A stretch of 63,606 nucleotides of DNA from Candidatus Cloacimonadota bacterium. Lineage in GTDB: Bacteria; Cloacimonadota; Cloacimonadia; Cloacimonadales; WRIO01. Every line of letters begins with the position of its first letter. Positions within the stretch are counted from its first letter, which is position 1. Where the stretch lies: NCBI GenBank assembly GCA_029553545.1, contig JAKPKU010000016.1, positions 1 to 63,606 of the forward strand, read 5' to 3'. The position numbers were made by a program, and so were the translations under genes. Of this stretch, positions 44,993-55,015 are shown in pieces. The notes under the pieces are model-generated. The model was given only the letters and a program-made list of their open reading frames with translations, did not search any database and was not told the origin of the DNA.

Positions 44993-46252
44993 ATGTCAGA
45001 AATAAATTATACAAAACTTAGATATGAAAGCGAAACTGTTTTAGTAAAAATATTAGAAGAAGATTTCGCTATAAAAAACTACTATGATATATTTGAAAAT
45101 GAAGATGAATTAAAGCAAATTGTTAATCAATTGCTTTCTGATTCTGTTAAATTGAATGATATCATCGCACCACGCCTTTACCAGATATGCGAAAAGGCAA
45201 AGAAAATGCTCCACTTTACTGAAGATATTGACTTTTTTATTATCTCTTCAATTGATGTAAATGCCTTTTCAATAAATGGCTTTACCTATGTGCCACACAT
45301 GATTTGCCTCACTTCTGCTTTGGTAAAACTATTGACAGATGATGAGCTGCTCTTTGTTATTGGGCATGAAATCGGACACTTGATCTATAAACATAGCCAG
45401 CTCTATGTGGTAAATAGCCTGATGTCAAATCGGGAAGAACATGAAATACCTGCACATATTAGCAATATCTTTACCAGATGGAATCAATATGCCGAGCTCA
45501 GCTCAGACCGTATTGGCTACGTCGTGCAACCAAATCTTGAGATAATTGGCAATGTCTTTTTTAAATTCGCCTCTGGACTGTCTGAACAACACCTAAACTT
45601 TAATATTAAAGAATACTTGAAGCAATTAGATACGATAAAAGAACTCAAAATAGGAGACTTTTATTCGAGCCATCCAGGGCATTTGATCAGGTTAAAGAGT
45701 TTGGAACTCTTTTCAAAGTCCACTATCTATCCGCTAAATAAAGGGAAAAAGGGCTTGATAAAACTGAAAGACCTCAATAAAGATCTTAATGACCTGATCT
45801 CATTGATAGAATTTCACCCAAAAGATGATGATGAAAAGAATGCTGTTGAGTTTATCTCTGCAGTGGGCACTTATATCGCCTATGCAGACGGCGAAATGAA
45901 CTCGCAAGAATGGGAAATGCTCTATGAATATCTCATTCGTTTTACTTCAAAACCAGAGCAATATCTTGTCTTTAAAAACATGAAAGAAATCGAAAAAAGA
46001 AGTAAGGCAATCTGTAAATTCTATGGTAATCAGATCGATAATGAAGATAAATATATACTATTTCAATTGATGATGAAGCTTGTAATAGCCGACGGAAGAC
46101 TGGAAGAAGAAGAAAAAACAAAACTCTTTGAGATTGGTAAAGAACTAAAAATATCCGAAAAAAGAATCAAAGAAATTATCAGAGAAGAGAGCGAAAACTA
46201 CCTGTCGCCACGCAAGAAATTAACTCAACAAAACCTATTTGTTAAAAAGTAG
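44993..46252 (+). CDS. M48-family zinc metalloprotease fused to a TerB-like domain
   Basis: VNAF, HEIGH (HExxH), ELSSDR, SSHP; C-terminal AYADGEM..E and IADGRLEEEE motifs. Confidence 0.78.
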   Translation: MSEINYTKLRYESETVLVKILEEDFAIKNYYDIFENEDELKQIVNQLLSDSVKLNDIIAPRLYQICEKAKKMLHFTEDIDFFIISSIDVNAFSINGFTYVPHMICLTSALVKLLTDDELLFVIGHEIGHLIYKHSQLYVVNSLMSNREEHEIPAHISNIFTRWNQYAELSSDRIGYVVQPNLEIIGNVFFKFASGLSEQHLNFNIKEYLKQLDTIKELKIGDFYSSHPGHLIRLKSLELFSKSTIYPLNKGKKGLIKLKDLNKDLNDLISLIEFHPKDDDEKNAVEFISAVGTYIAYADGEMNSQEWEMLYEYLIRFTSKPEQYLVFKNMKEIEKRSKAICKFYGNQIDNEDKYILFQLMMKLVIADGRLEEEEKTKLFEIGKELKISEKRIKEIIREESENYLSPRKKLTQQNLFVKK

Positions 46253-46260
46253 CGCAAACT

Positions 46261-47181
46261 ATGAAGAAAACAAATCTCGCTATCGTTTATGTCTATGCTG
46301 TCTTCGCAATGCTCTGCTGGAGCTTCTCTTTTATTTGGGTCAAACAATTGTATGAGATGGGGTTTAAACCCATAACTGTTGTTATATTTAGACTCGCTAT
46401 AGCAAGCCTTATTCTGCATTTGCTAGCAAAGCTTTTTTTCAAAAAGGAGAAGATTGCCAAAGAAGACTATGGACGCTTTCTCTTGCTCGCTTTTTTTGAA
46501 CCATTTTGTTACTTTATGGGTGAAAGTTTTGGCATGTTGTATGTATCAGCAAGCTTGGCGTCGATTATTGTAGCACTAATCCCATTGACCACACCCGTCT
46601 TTGCCTGGTTTTTTATAAAAGAGAGAGTAAACATGTATGAAATGTTCGGTTTAGTTGTATCTTTTGCAGGCGTATTGATGCTGGTCTTAAACGATTTCAA
46701 GCTTGAAGGGCAAATTATTGGCTATGTGCTGATGTTCGTAGCGGTAATCGGTGGATCGTGCTTTGGCATAGTATTGAAAGCCATAACTGAAAAGTATTCT
46801 GCACTCACTATAGTAAAGGCACAGACACTAATTGGCTCCTTTTTGTTTTTACCATTTTTCCTTATTTGGGAATTGCCCTCTTTCTTAACACAAGGCTTTC
46901 AAATGAAGGCATATATTAATCTTTCTTTGTTAGCAATATTCCCCTCGTCAATTGCTTTTATTATTTTGACCATCATGGTGAGAAATCTTGGGGTAGTAAA
47001 AGCAAATGTCTTCACTTATTTAATACCAATTATCACAACAATACTGTCATATTTTATTCTAAAAGAGTCATTTTCTTTAATCAAAGTGGGCGCAATGCTC
47101 ATTGTGATATTGGGACTCTTTGTCTCTCAATTAGAGAGGTTAAATGGCAAAAATAGGAGCTTAGCATATGAAAAAAATTAG
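46261..47181 (+). CDS. DMT/EamA family transporter
   Basis: About ten TM helices in two repeats; WSFSFI, R..IA, P..T motifs. Confidence 0.9.
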   Translation: MKKTNLAIVYVYAVFAMLCWSFSFIWVKQLYEMGFKPITVVIFRLAIASLILHLLAKLFFKKEKIAKEDYGRFLLLAFFEPFCYFMGESFGMLYVSASLASIIVALIPLTTPVFAWFFIKERVNMYEMFGLVVSFAGVLMLVLNDFKLEGQIIGYVLMFVAVIGGSCFGIVLKAITEKYSALTIVKAQTLIGSFLFLPFFLIWELPSFLTQGFQMKAYINLSLLAIFPSSIAFIILTIMVRNLGVVKANVFTYLIPIITTILSYFILKESFSLIKVGAMLIVILGLFVSQLERLNGKNRSLAYEKN

Positions 47182-48166
47182 TCTTATCCTCATATTCTTT
47201 TTCACTTTAGTCTTATTGCAATCATTTCCTATCAATGATTTTAACTATCACTTGCCAAACAATACGATCTCGCCATATAGTGCGGGCTTGGGGGGAATAA
47301 ATCTTGTCTCTGCAAAAGATAATCTGGCTTTTTATGATAATCCTGCCCTTTTGAGTGTAGTCAGAAATATGACATTTGCAGCCTCTTTTAATGTGCCAGA
47401 TAAGAATCAGTCGACGAATGATTTGCTCAATGCTAATGTTCTGGCAAGGGATAGCAAATTCCGTGCTTTTGGAATACAGGCGCAAAATGTAGGTTTTTTG
47501 TATAATGAGCTGGCAAATGACTCCTTTGATCAAGCAGATAGCCTTTTTAATACCTATCAAGACTTTAAGCTGCGAAGTTTTGGACTCTCTTTTGCCGATA
47601 CTACAAGCGCAAAGGTGAACATAGGTTTGAGCTTGAGGTATTTGGATGGCAGATTGGTTTATTTAAGAGAAGTCATGCAAGATACATTGTATTATAAAGA
47701 TGAATTTATCGATTCAAAAGCAATGGGCTTTGGCACTGATCTTGGTATATATGGCAAAAAGTTTGGCTTGTATTATGGCTTTGTCGTGCACGATCTCTTT
47801 TCAAAGATCTATTGGGAAGGGCATCCCAATACCAAGATTCATACTCGTGGCTCTTTTGCTGCAGAAATAAGGGGGAATAATACTTCTCTCATCTCGTCTG
47901 TTACCAGCCTTTGGAATATTCATGAGACGCCGATTTATAGCCAAGCATTGAATTATACAAGGGTTATTGGCAATCCTAATCAACCACAAATATTAGATCT
48001 TCGTTTTGGAGCGACAAGTGTCGATTATAAGAAGTCGGATAATATTATGTTTACTTATGGCACATCGTATATGATTAAGACCTTTAAACTCGATATAGCA
48101 GCGCAAACAAAAGGTCTTAAGATCAACACAGCGCAGTATATGTTCTCTCTGTCAATAGGCGCTTGA
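47168..48166 (+). CDS. Outer-membrane protein, PorV/UPF0164-like
   Basis: Signal peptide; SPYSAGLGG..AFYDNPALL hatch motif; beta-strand pattern. Confidence 0.6.
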   Translation: MKKISLILIFFFTLVLLQSFPINDFNYHLPNNTISPYSAGLGGINLVSAKDNLAFYDNPALLSVVRNMTFAASFNVPDKNQSTNDLLNANVLARDSKFRAFGIQAQNVGFLYNELANDSFDQADSLFNTYQDFKLRSFGLSFADTTSAKVNIGLSLRYLDGRLVYLREVMQDTLYYKDEFIDSKAMGFGTDLGIYGKKFGLYYGFVVHDLFSKIYWEGHPNTKIHTRGSFAAEIRGNNTSLISSVTSLWNIHETPIYSQALNYTRVIGNPNQPQILDLRFGATSVDYKKSDNIMFTYGTSYMIKTFKLDIAAQTKGLKINTAQYMFSLSIGA

Positions 48167-50100
48167 TGTTTAATCTATCTTTTTTAAATGCAGGTGTTTT
48201 GCTCGCCAGTATAGCAGCAATAATACCGCTTTTAATTCATCTTTTTGCTAAACAAAAACCGAAGGTTGTCTTCTTTAGCTCTTTAAAGTTTGTTAAAATG
48301 AGCTTACAAGAGCGCAATAAGAGCATTAAACTTAGAAATATTCTGTTGATATTAATTAGAACACTAATCATTCTGCTCACTATACTTGCTCTGTCAAGAC
48401 CCACTCTAAAGCTCTCATTTATGAAAAATAAAGGGGCACACCATGATACTGCGGTGGCGGTCATACTCGATAACTCGCTCAGTATGGATTATCTTGTGGA
48501 TAATGAAACCGAGCTGCAAAAGGCTAAAGATATTGTCAAAAAGATAAATAATATGCTCACAGATAAGGATATGAGCATTATTATTAGCCGTGATAATGCA
48601 TGGAATCTGATGAATAGCCACTTAATTCAAGGGAAGATAAATGAAAAACTCTTGAGCTCTCTGGGAATGGCATGGAAAAGCGATAAGATGAACGATTTGA
48701 TCGCTCTGGCAACAGAAAAGCTTAATGAAAGCCATTATCTTAATAAAGAAATATATGTGATTAGCGACTTCCAAGACGAAGGTGAAAAACTAAATAAGTC
48801 GTCGATCCCTGTGTTTTTTATACCAAGCTCAAATCAACAATCACGTAAAAATGTGGCATGTATAAACACAAAAGTGCTCAGCTCACTGACCGAGCAAGTA
48901 ATGCAAAGGTCTTTAGAGTTTGAAATAAAGAACTTCTCAGATGAAAACTATAATAATGCTATTGTTAAGCTGTCTTTAAACTCAGCTGATATCTCTGAAA
49001 AGATGATAAATATTCAGGCTGGTCAAGTGAAGAACGATAGTTTTATTATTACCTCGCCACAATATGGTTGGAATTATGGCTGGATTGAAGTTAAAGATGA
49101 GAGATTAACCTTCGATAATCGACACTATTTCTCTTTTTATATCGATCCCAAAGTTACAGTTGGTGTGTTTAGTAATTCATCTTTACCAAAGCCTTTGCAA
49201 AAGATGCTGCTTCTTTATGGTGCTGAGTTCAAGTATTTAGATATTAATAGCTTTTCTGTTGATCGTCTGCAAGAGTATTCCTTTTATCTATTTGATCTAA
49301 ACCGTTATAGCTCACAGGCGAAGCTAATCTTGGGCAATATTCAAGAGCATAATAAAAATGCTTTAATTGTACTTAATAGAGGAATTAATGCTGATGATTT
49401 AAACTGGCTGGAAAACATTACAGGAACCGATATCAGCCCTATTAATGAGTCTGAAATAGTGATAAATTATATAAATACACATCACCCTATGATGAGCGTT
49501 TTTCAACAAGAACATGTTAAAAACCAGCGGGTGATCCCTGCATTTAGTGTAAAACCAAGAACGAATGTGAATACACTTTTGCATTCAAATCAGAATATTA
49601 TTGCCTTTGAAAAGTATTTTGCCGTGTGGAACTTTGACTTTAAAAATGAGAATAATAATTTTATGTATGACTCTTTTTTCCCTGTATTTGCCTATCAGAC
49701 ATTTCAATATATAAATACGAATACCCCGACAAAACAACAGTATTTTTGCAATGACTTGATAGAGCTGTTTGATGCCGAAGTAAAAGAAAACTTTAATCGC
49801 ACAATTAGCATTAAGAATAGTAGTTATAGATTTGTTGAGCCTGGAATCTATGAGGTTAATGAGAAGAAAAAGGGCATAGATCTCTATTCTGTAAACCTCG
49901 ATAACTTCAATGAGAGTGATTATAAACGAATAGGCAAAAAGCAAGAGAAGAATGTCTTTGTTTTAGATGAGAAATGGCAAAATAATATCCTACAAAGCCG
50001 TTTGGGATACGAGCTGTGGAAATATTTGCTCATTATTGTCTTGTTGCTTATAGCGCTGGAAATGATCATTGTAAAAAAACATGAAAGAAGAAACAGTTGA
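48166..50100 (+). CDS. BatA-type N-terminal domain + vWA membrane protein
   Basis: IPLLIHL..FSSLKF..LL.LIRTL..LALSRP (BatA N-domain), vWA VILDNSLSM and YVISDFQ, C-terminal ELWKYLLII; TGATG coupling to the upstream gene. Confidence 0.82.
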   Translation: MFNLSFLNAGVLLASIAAIIPLLIHLFAKQKPKVVFFSSLKFVKMSLQERNKSIKLRNILLILIRTLIILLTILALSRPTLKLSFMKNKGAHHDTAVAVILDNSLSMDYLVDNETELQKAKDIVKKINNMLTDKDMSIIISRDNAWNLMNSHLIQGKINEKLLSSLGMAWKSDKMNDLIALATEKLNESHYLNKEIYVISDFQDEGEKLNKSSIPVFFIPSSNQQSRKNVACINTKVLSSLTEQVMQRSLEFEIKNFSDENYNNAIVKLSLNSADISEKMINIQAGQVKNDSFIITSPQYGWNYGWIEVKDERLTFDNRHYFSFYIDPKVTVGVFSNSSLPKPLQKMLLLYGAEFKYLDINSFSVDRLQEYSFYLFDLNRYSSQAKLILGNIQEHNKNALIVLNRGINADDLNWLENITGTDISPINESEIVINYINTHHPMMSVFQQEHVKNQRVIPAFSVKPRTNVNTLLHSNQNIIAFEKYFAVWNFDFKNENNNFMYDSFFPVFAYQTFQYINTNTPTKQQYFCNDLIELFDAEVKENFNRTISIKNSSYRFVEPGIYEVNEKKKGIDLYSVNLDNFNESDYKRIGKKQEKNVFVLDEKWQNNILQSRLGYELWKYLLIIVLLLIALEMIIVKKHERRNS

Positions 50101-50114
50101 TTGAGTTAAATACT

Positions 50115-50330
50115 ATGAAAAAGATTATTAACTTTGATTCAGTACATTTTACGATAAAGGCAGACTCCTTGTTTGGTAAACAAAACCTTGACTATATTGT
50201 GATTACTACACCAAGTTATATCAGCACAGATTGCGGGATGTCTATTGAAATAAATGAAGAACAGGCTGAAGCTTTTTGTACAATTCTTCAGCAAAATAAT
50301 ATAAAATATAAGTTGTTTGACAAGAATTGA
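50115..50330 (+). CDS. DUF3343-family small protein
   Basis: F.SVH..IKA..L, TP..IS.DCG.SI pattern; immediately before selD. Confidence 0.72.
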   Translation: MKKIINFDSVHFTIKADSLFGKQNLDYIVITTPSYISTDCGMSIEINEEQAEAFCTILQQNNIKYKLFDKN

Positions 50331-50337
50331 GGTAAAT

Positions 50338-51369
50338 ATGTTTGATCTTTTAACTACAGTTGAATATGGCGGTTGCTCAGCAAAACTATCACCCAAAGAG
50401 CTTGACCAAATATTATCCAAGCTGAAAGCACCAGAATCAGAAAAGCTAATTGTCTCCTCGGATACACACGATGATGCTGCTGTGTATAAGCTAAATGATG
50501 AGACAGCATTGATTTATACGACAGACTTTTTCCCTCCCATTTGTTCAGATCCTTATGATTTTGGACAGATTGCAGCAACAAACTCTTTGAGCGATGTTTA
50601 TGCTATGGGAGGAACACCACTTTTATGCTTAAATATAATACTTTTCCCTTCGAAAAATATACCTTCAGAAGCTCTTTATCAAATCCTCAAGGGCGGACAA
50701 GATAAGGCTGCAGAAGCTGGTGCAATGATAGTCGGTGGGCACACTATTGATGACTTCCCTCCAAAATATGGCTTAGCAGTTGTGGGCATAGTCCATCCAG
50801 ATAAGGTCATCACCAATAGCAATGCAAAGCCAGGCGATACGCTTATTCTGACAAAGCCTTTGGGCATGGGAGTGATCGTAGCAGGCAAGCGGCTTGGAGA
50901 AGTTAAAGAAGAAGACTATCAAAAAGCATTGTATAATATGAAGCTTTTGAATAAAAGTGGGGCAGAGCTGATGCAAAAGTATCACGCTAATGCAGCCACA
51001 GATATCACGGGCTTTAGTTTACTCGGGCATGCTTTAAAGATGTGTCGTGCGTCCAATGTTAGTATGGAGATTGAGAGCGCATCTTTGCCTATTTTGAGTG
51101 GAGCATATGAGCTCGCTGAGTTTGGTTGCTTGCCAGGTGCAGCTTTTAGGAATCAAGACTTTGCAGAAGCAGAGATCTTGTTTAAAGATGTTGATTATAA
51201 TCTAAAAATGCTCGCTTTTGATGCACAAACTTCTGGCGGATTGCTGATCTCATGCCCAAGCGAATCAGCAGCGAGCCTTGTCCAAGAACTGAAAAACAGT
51301 GTCAATAAAGACGCATGTATTATCGGAACAGTTGTAGAAAAGAGAGATAAATACATAACATTTAAGTAA
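50338..51369 (+). CDS. selD: Selenophosphate synthetase (Cys form)
   Basis: YGGCSAKL (TGC codon), DDAAVY, TTDFFPP, ATNSLSDVYAMGG, GGHTIDD, TDITGF.LLGH, DAQTSGGLL. Start ATG 50338 after GAGGT. Confidence 0.93.
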   Translation: MFDLLTTVEYGGCSAKLSPKELDQILSKLKAPESEKLIVSSDTHDDAAVYKLNDETALIYTTDFFPPICSDPYDFGQIAATNSLSDVYAMGGTPLLCLNIILFPSKNIPSEALYQILKGGQDKAAEAGAMIVGGHTIDDFPPKYGLAVVGIVHPDKVITNSNAKPGDTLILTKPLGMGVIVAGKRLGEVKEEDYQKALYNMKLLNKSGAELMQKYHANAATDITGFSLLGHALKMCRASNVSMEIESASLPILSGAYELAEFGCLPGAAFRNQDFAEAEILFKDVDYNLKMLAFDAQTSGGLLISCPSESAASLVQELKNSVNKDACIIGTVVEKRDKYITFK

Positions 51370-51385
51370 AGCGAGGAGACTTCTT

Positions 51386-52312
51386 ATGGATGCAATTTTA
51401 AGCTTGGAAAAACTACATAAAGAGTATGAAAAAGTCGTGGCAGTGCACTCTATTGATCTCAAGGTACCACGGGGCAGCGTTTTTGGTTTACTTGGACCAA
51501 ATGGTGCAGGCAAAACCAGCATGATTCGTATTATTACAAATATCACATTGCCAGACTCAGGCAAGCTGTCTTTTCATTTTCAAAACAGTAAGATTAGCGA
51601 TCCTATGAATAATATAGGATATTTGCCAGAAGAACGCGGTTTGTATCCAGAAATGAAGATTGGCGAACAATTGAAGTTCTTTGCACAAATGAAGGGCTTG
51701 TCTGCAGCAAAGGCTCATGAAAATATTCAATATTGGCTGAAAAGATTTGAGATAGAAGATTGGGCTAATAAAAAGGCGCAAGAGCTATCAAAAGGGATGC
51801 AACAGTTGATACAGTTTATCGTCTCTGTGATACATGACCCAGAATTACTAATCTTTGATGAGCCTTTCTCAGGCTTAGACCCTATTAATACAGAGAGATT
51901 AAAAAAAGAGATTGTTGAACTTTCCAAAAGCGGCAAGACTATTATCTTTTCAACGCATCAGATGAGTCAAGTCGAAGAGATCTGTAATGAGATTGCATTG
52001 ATTAATAAGGGCAGGTTTATTCTGGAAGGCGAACTTAAAGAGATCAAGAATAGATTTAAAAAGAACCTTTTTGAGATAAAATATCATGGAAGCTTTCCCA
52101 ATAGTGAAATTAATGGCTTTGAAATAACAATAAAAGAAGAAGGGCATGCTATCGTCAAAAGCTTGAAAGAATGCTCCTATTCTAACCTTTTAAAGACTCT
52201 CTCAGACTATGTTGAGATTTACTCTTTTACTGAAATACTCCCCAGTTTAAATGAGATATTTATAGAACAAGTGACGCTGGCAAAAGCAAAGAAGGAGGAA
52301 GAACATGAATAA
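51386..52312 (+). CDS. ABC exporter ATP-binding protein (NatA/YhaQ-like)
   Basis: GPNGAGKT, LSKGMQQ, LIFDEPFSGLDP, STH. Confidence 0.92.
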   Translation: MDAILSLEKLHKEYEKVVAVHSIDLKVPRGSVFGLLGPNGAGKTSMIRIITNITLPDSGKLSFHFQNSKISDPMNNIGYLPEERGLYPEMKIGEQLKFFAQMKGLSAAKAHENIQYWLKRFEIEDWANKKAQELSKGMQQLIQFIVSVIHDPELLIFDEPFSGLDPINTERLKKEIVELSKSGKTIIFSTHQMSQVEEICNEIALINKGRFILEGELKEIKNRFKKNLFEIKYHGSFPNSEINGFEITIKEEGHAIVKSLKECSYSNLLKTLSDYVEIYSFTEILPSLNEIFIEQVTLAKAKKEEEHE

Positions 52313-53591
52313 AACACTTCTTGTCTTTAAAAAAGAATATCTGACACGCGTGAAAAAGAAAAGCTTCATTATTATGACACTATTAGTTCCTCTTTTGTTT
52401 ATGCTCTTGATGGGCTTGCCATTGGCTATGACTTTCTTTAAAAGCGGCACAAATAGAATCGCTATCTTGGATGAGAGCGGTGAGTTTGCTGGTGTTTTTA
52501 ATAATGGAAAATCACTCGAGTTCCATCCCATAGAAGGTAATCTAAATAACCTTAAAGAAGAATTGGGTAAAAAAGATGCACGCTTTGATGCCTTGCTCTA
52601 TATCCCAAAATTTGATATCCAATACCCTAATGGCTTCACTGTGTATTCTGATAAACAAGTTGGAATGACTATCCAGCAGACGATTGAGAAGACATTACAA
52701 AATAAAATTGAGACACTGAGATTTATCAATGCAGGCATCGATAAAGATAAAGTAAATGAATTAAAAGTTTCTATTGACCTACAAAACATCATCTTACAAG
52801 AAGGCAGTGAAAAGAAAGGCAATGTGGTAGCATCCATTGCTGTGAGTCAGATAATGGGCTTTTTTCAGTACTTTATGATCTTCTTTTATGGTGGTTTAAT
52901 CATGATGGCAGTAACTGAAGAAAAGAAAAACAGGATAGTGGAGATTATCGTCTCTTCAATCCCTCCCTTTCAATTAATGCTGGGTAAAATCTTTGGCATA
53001 GCCGCAGTCGCAATTACACAGCTCCTTATTTGGGCTGTTTTTATTACAATATTGATGGTCTTATTTAGTGTGTTTTTCTCGCCAATGCTTTTAGAAACGG
53101 CTCAAGATTTGGAGCAAGTTGTGGGCTCAAACTCACAGCAGATATTTGACATGATAGGAAGCATTGAGGCATTTAATATCCCATTGATGCTCTTTTCTTT
53201 TGCTTTTTTCTTTATTTTTGGGTATCTCTTTTATTCTGCTCTCTTTGCTGGTGCTGGCGCAGTAACAGACGATTCTTCACAAAATCAGACAATCACTATA
53301 CCCCTTTCTATTCCTGTCATTTTGTCGCTTATGATTATGGTAAATGTCGCTGAACAACCGCATAGCCCGCTTGCTTTTTGGTCTTCTCTTATTCCATTTT
53401 GCTCTCCGATTATCATGATGGCACGTTTGCCTTTTGGTGTTCCTGCTTGGCAACTGGCTTTATCTATGATATTTCTTGTTATTGGCTTCGTAATCAATAC
53501 TTGGATCGCCGGCAAGATTTATAGAATCGGCATTTTACTCTATGGTAAAAAGATTAATTGGAATGATATTAGAAAGTGGGTTTTTAAATAA
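52305..53591 (+). CDS. ABC-2 type permease (NatB/YhaP-like)
   Basis: KEY..RVKKKSF, EEKKNRIVEIIVSS, GKIFG, PIIMMARL, AGKIYRIGIL. Confidence 0.9.
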   Translation: MNKTLLVFKKEYLTRVKKKSFIIMTLLVPLLFMLLMGLPLAMTFFKSGTNRIAILDESGEFAGVFNNGKSLEFHPIEGNLNNLKEELGKKDARFDALLYIPKFDIQYPNGFTVYSDKQVGMTIQQTIEKTLQNKIETLRFINAGIDKDKVNELKVSIDLQNIILQEGSEKKGNVVASIAVSQIMGFFQYFMIFFYGGLIMMAVTEEKKNRIVEIIVSSIPPFQLMLGKIFGIAAVAITQLLIWAVFITILMVLFSVFFSPMLLETAQDLEQVVGSNSQQIFDMIGSIEAFNIPLMLFSFAFFFIFGYLFYSALFAGAGAVTDDSSQNQTITIPLSIPVILSLMIMVNVAEQPHSPLAFWSSLIPFCSPIIMMARLPFGVPAWQLALSMIFLVIGFVINTWIAGKIYRIGILLYGKKINWNDIRKWVFK

Positions 53592-53600
53592 AGAGATATG

Positions 53601-54890
53601 CTAAAACTTTAATGAAAAGTTTAATATAGGAGAATTAGTCTTATAAGCAAAGGGATTGATTGATGCATTGAAGCTTGTTTTGGTATCTTCTTTTTTCTGA
53701 TAATGCTTGCTTATTTGTGTCGAGCTATAGAGATAGTAACCAGCAATAGAACCAACAGAACTCAGTGGTAAAAGCTTGTCCATCTTAAATAAATAGCTTA
53801 TTCCACTACCCATCAAGGCGCCTGCAACTGTTGATACAGCCAGATAATTGCCTTGAGAAGTGGTCAACTGATACTTTTCAGCAACTTTCTCTCCATGAAG
53901 CATACCAGCAGCTGAACTTAATGCTAATAGTATTGAACCCTGTGTCTGATTTAAATCTGCCATTTGCGATATTGCCATGCTACCAAAACCGTACAGGATC
54001 CAGGTTGTACGTGCTGCAATTGCATCGCCTTTGGTAAAATCTATTTGTTTGCTCTTGTTATAACCATACGGTAAGCCTGAGTAAAAGCTGAGTAATGCAC
54101 CAGCACTCATCAATGTGGCATTGCCCTCTTCAAGTGCATTAGCAGCATTTGCTAAAAGCAAGAATTGTGCACCAATATAGTCGTGATATAATGGTATTGC
54201 ATTGGCTTGCCCCTCTGTAATATTGTGCATTCTTGAAAATTTGTAACCCAAATACCCTTCGCCGATACTCGTTAATGTCATAATTCCAAGAGCTGATTGA
54301 TCCATTTCTTCATCTAAAATCTTAGCTAATAAAGCTCCATGAATGATGCCTCTGGTTGCCATACTGACAGACATATCCGCATCTGCATTAGATATATCAG
54401 CATGATTTGAAGCGTAGATCAAGCCCCCTAATATTAGCCCGCTATCCAAGAAGTACAGTCCTGCAGCAGTCTCTCCATCTAAATTAAAAGAAATAGGGAT
54501 AGCATAACCATAAAAGCCCAGCGTCAGATAACCATAACCGAGTATCATGCGTATTTTACCTTCTGATTCAAGGGCATTTGTCTTATTTGCATAATGCTTA
54601 TGAATAGCGTCTTTTATCGATTGTAGCTCTTCATCATTGACATATTCTGTGGCAATTTCCAAGCCCGACTCACCACTGTAGATGATTTCAAAAAAGAGAT
54701 TATTTTCATCATCAAGATATAGCTTTGCCTGTGTAAAGCCAGGGTAATTGGAAAAGAGCATTAACTCTTGCGCATCATCTTTATTGATAACGCTTATTTG
54801 ATAAAGAGAATCTATAATCATGACCTGTTTGTCTGCAAATAATGCACAAGAAGCGATAAGAATAATTAGAATTATTAGATATTTCGTCAT
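53601..54890 (-). CDS. Hypothetical Gly/Ala-rich multi-helix membrane protein
   Basis: Signal peptide and many small-residue hydrophobic helices; long open frame with RBS. Confidence 0.7.
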   Translation of the reverse strand: MTKYLIILIILIASCALFADKQVMIIDSLYQISVINKDDAQELMLFSNYPGFTQAKLYLDDENNLFFEIIYSGESGLEIATEYVNDEELQSIKDAIHKHYANKTNALESEGKIRMILGYGYLTLGFYGYAIPISFNLDGETAAGLYFLDSGLILGGLIYASNHADISNADADMSVSMATRGIIHGALLAKILDEEMDQSALGIMTLTSIGEGYLGYKFSRMHNITEGQANAIPLYHDYIGAQFLLLANAANALEEGNATLMSAGALLSFYSGLPYGYNKSKQIDFTKGDAIAARTTWILYGFGSMAISQMADLNQTQGSILLALSSAAGMLHGEKVAEKYQLTTSQGNYLAVSTVAGALMGSGISYLFKMDKLLPLSSVGSIAGYYLYSSTQISKHYQKKEDTKTSFNASINPFAYKTNSPILNFSLKF

Positions 54891-55015
54891 CTCTACCTCT
54901 CTATTTTTTAGTGAACAGCCTTCAAATAGAATATAATAAGAATAAAGAAAAAAACTATTATTCTTTTGTAAAGATAGATTTTATTATTATTTAGTCAGAA
55001 AAACCAATAATGCTT

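Noticed and set aside
50338-50385. Selenocysteine (UGA) in the SelD active site
   Set aside because: The codon is TGC (Cys); I saw no split ORFs suggesting UGA read-through elsewhere in the window.
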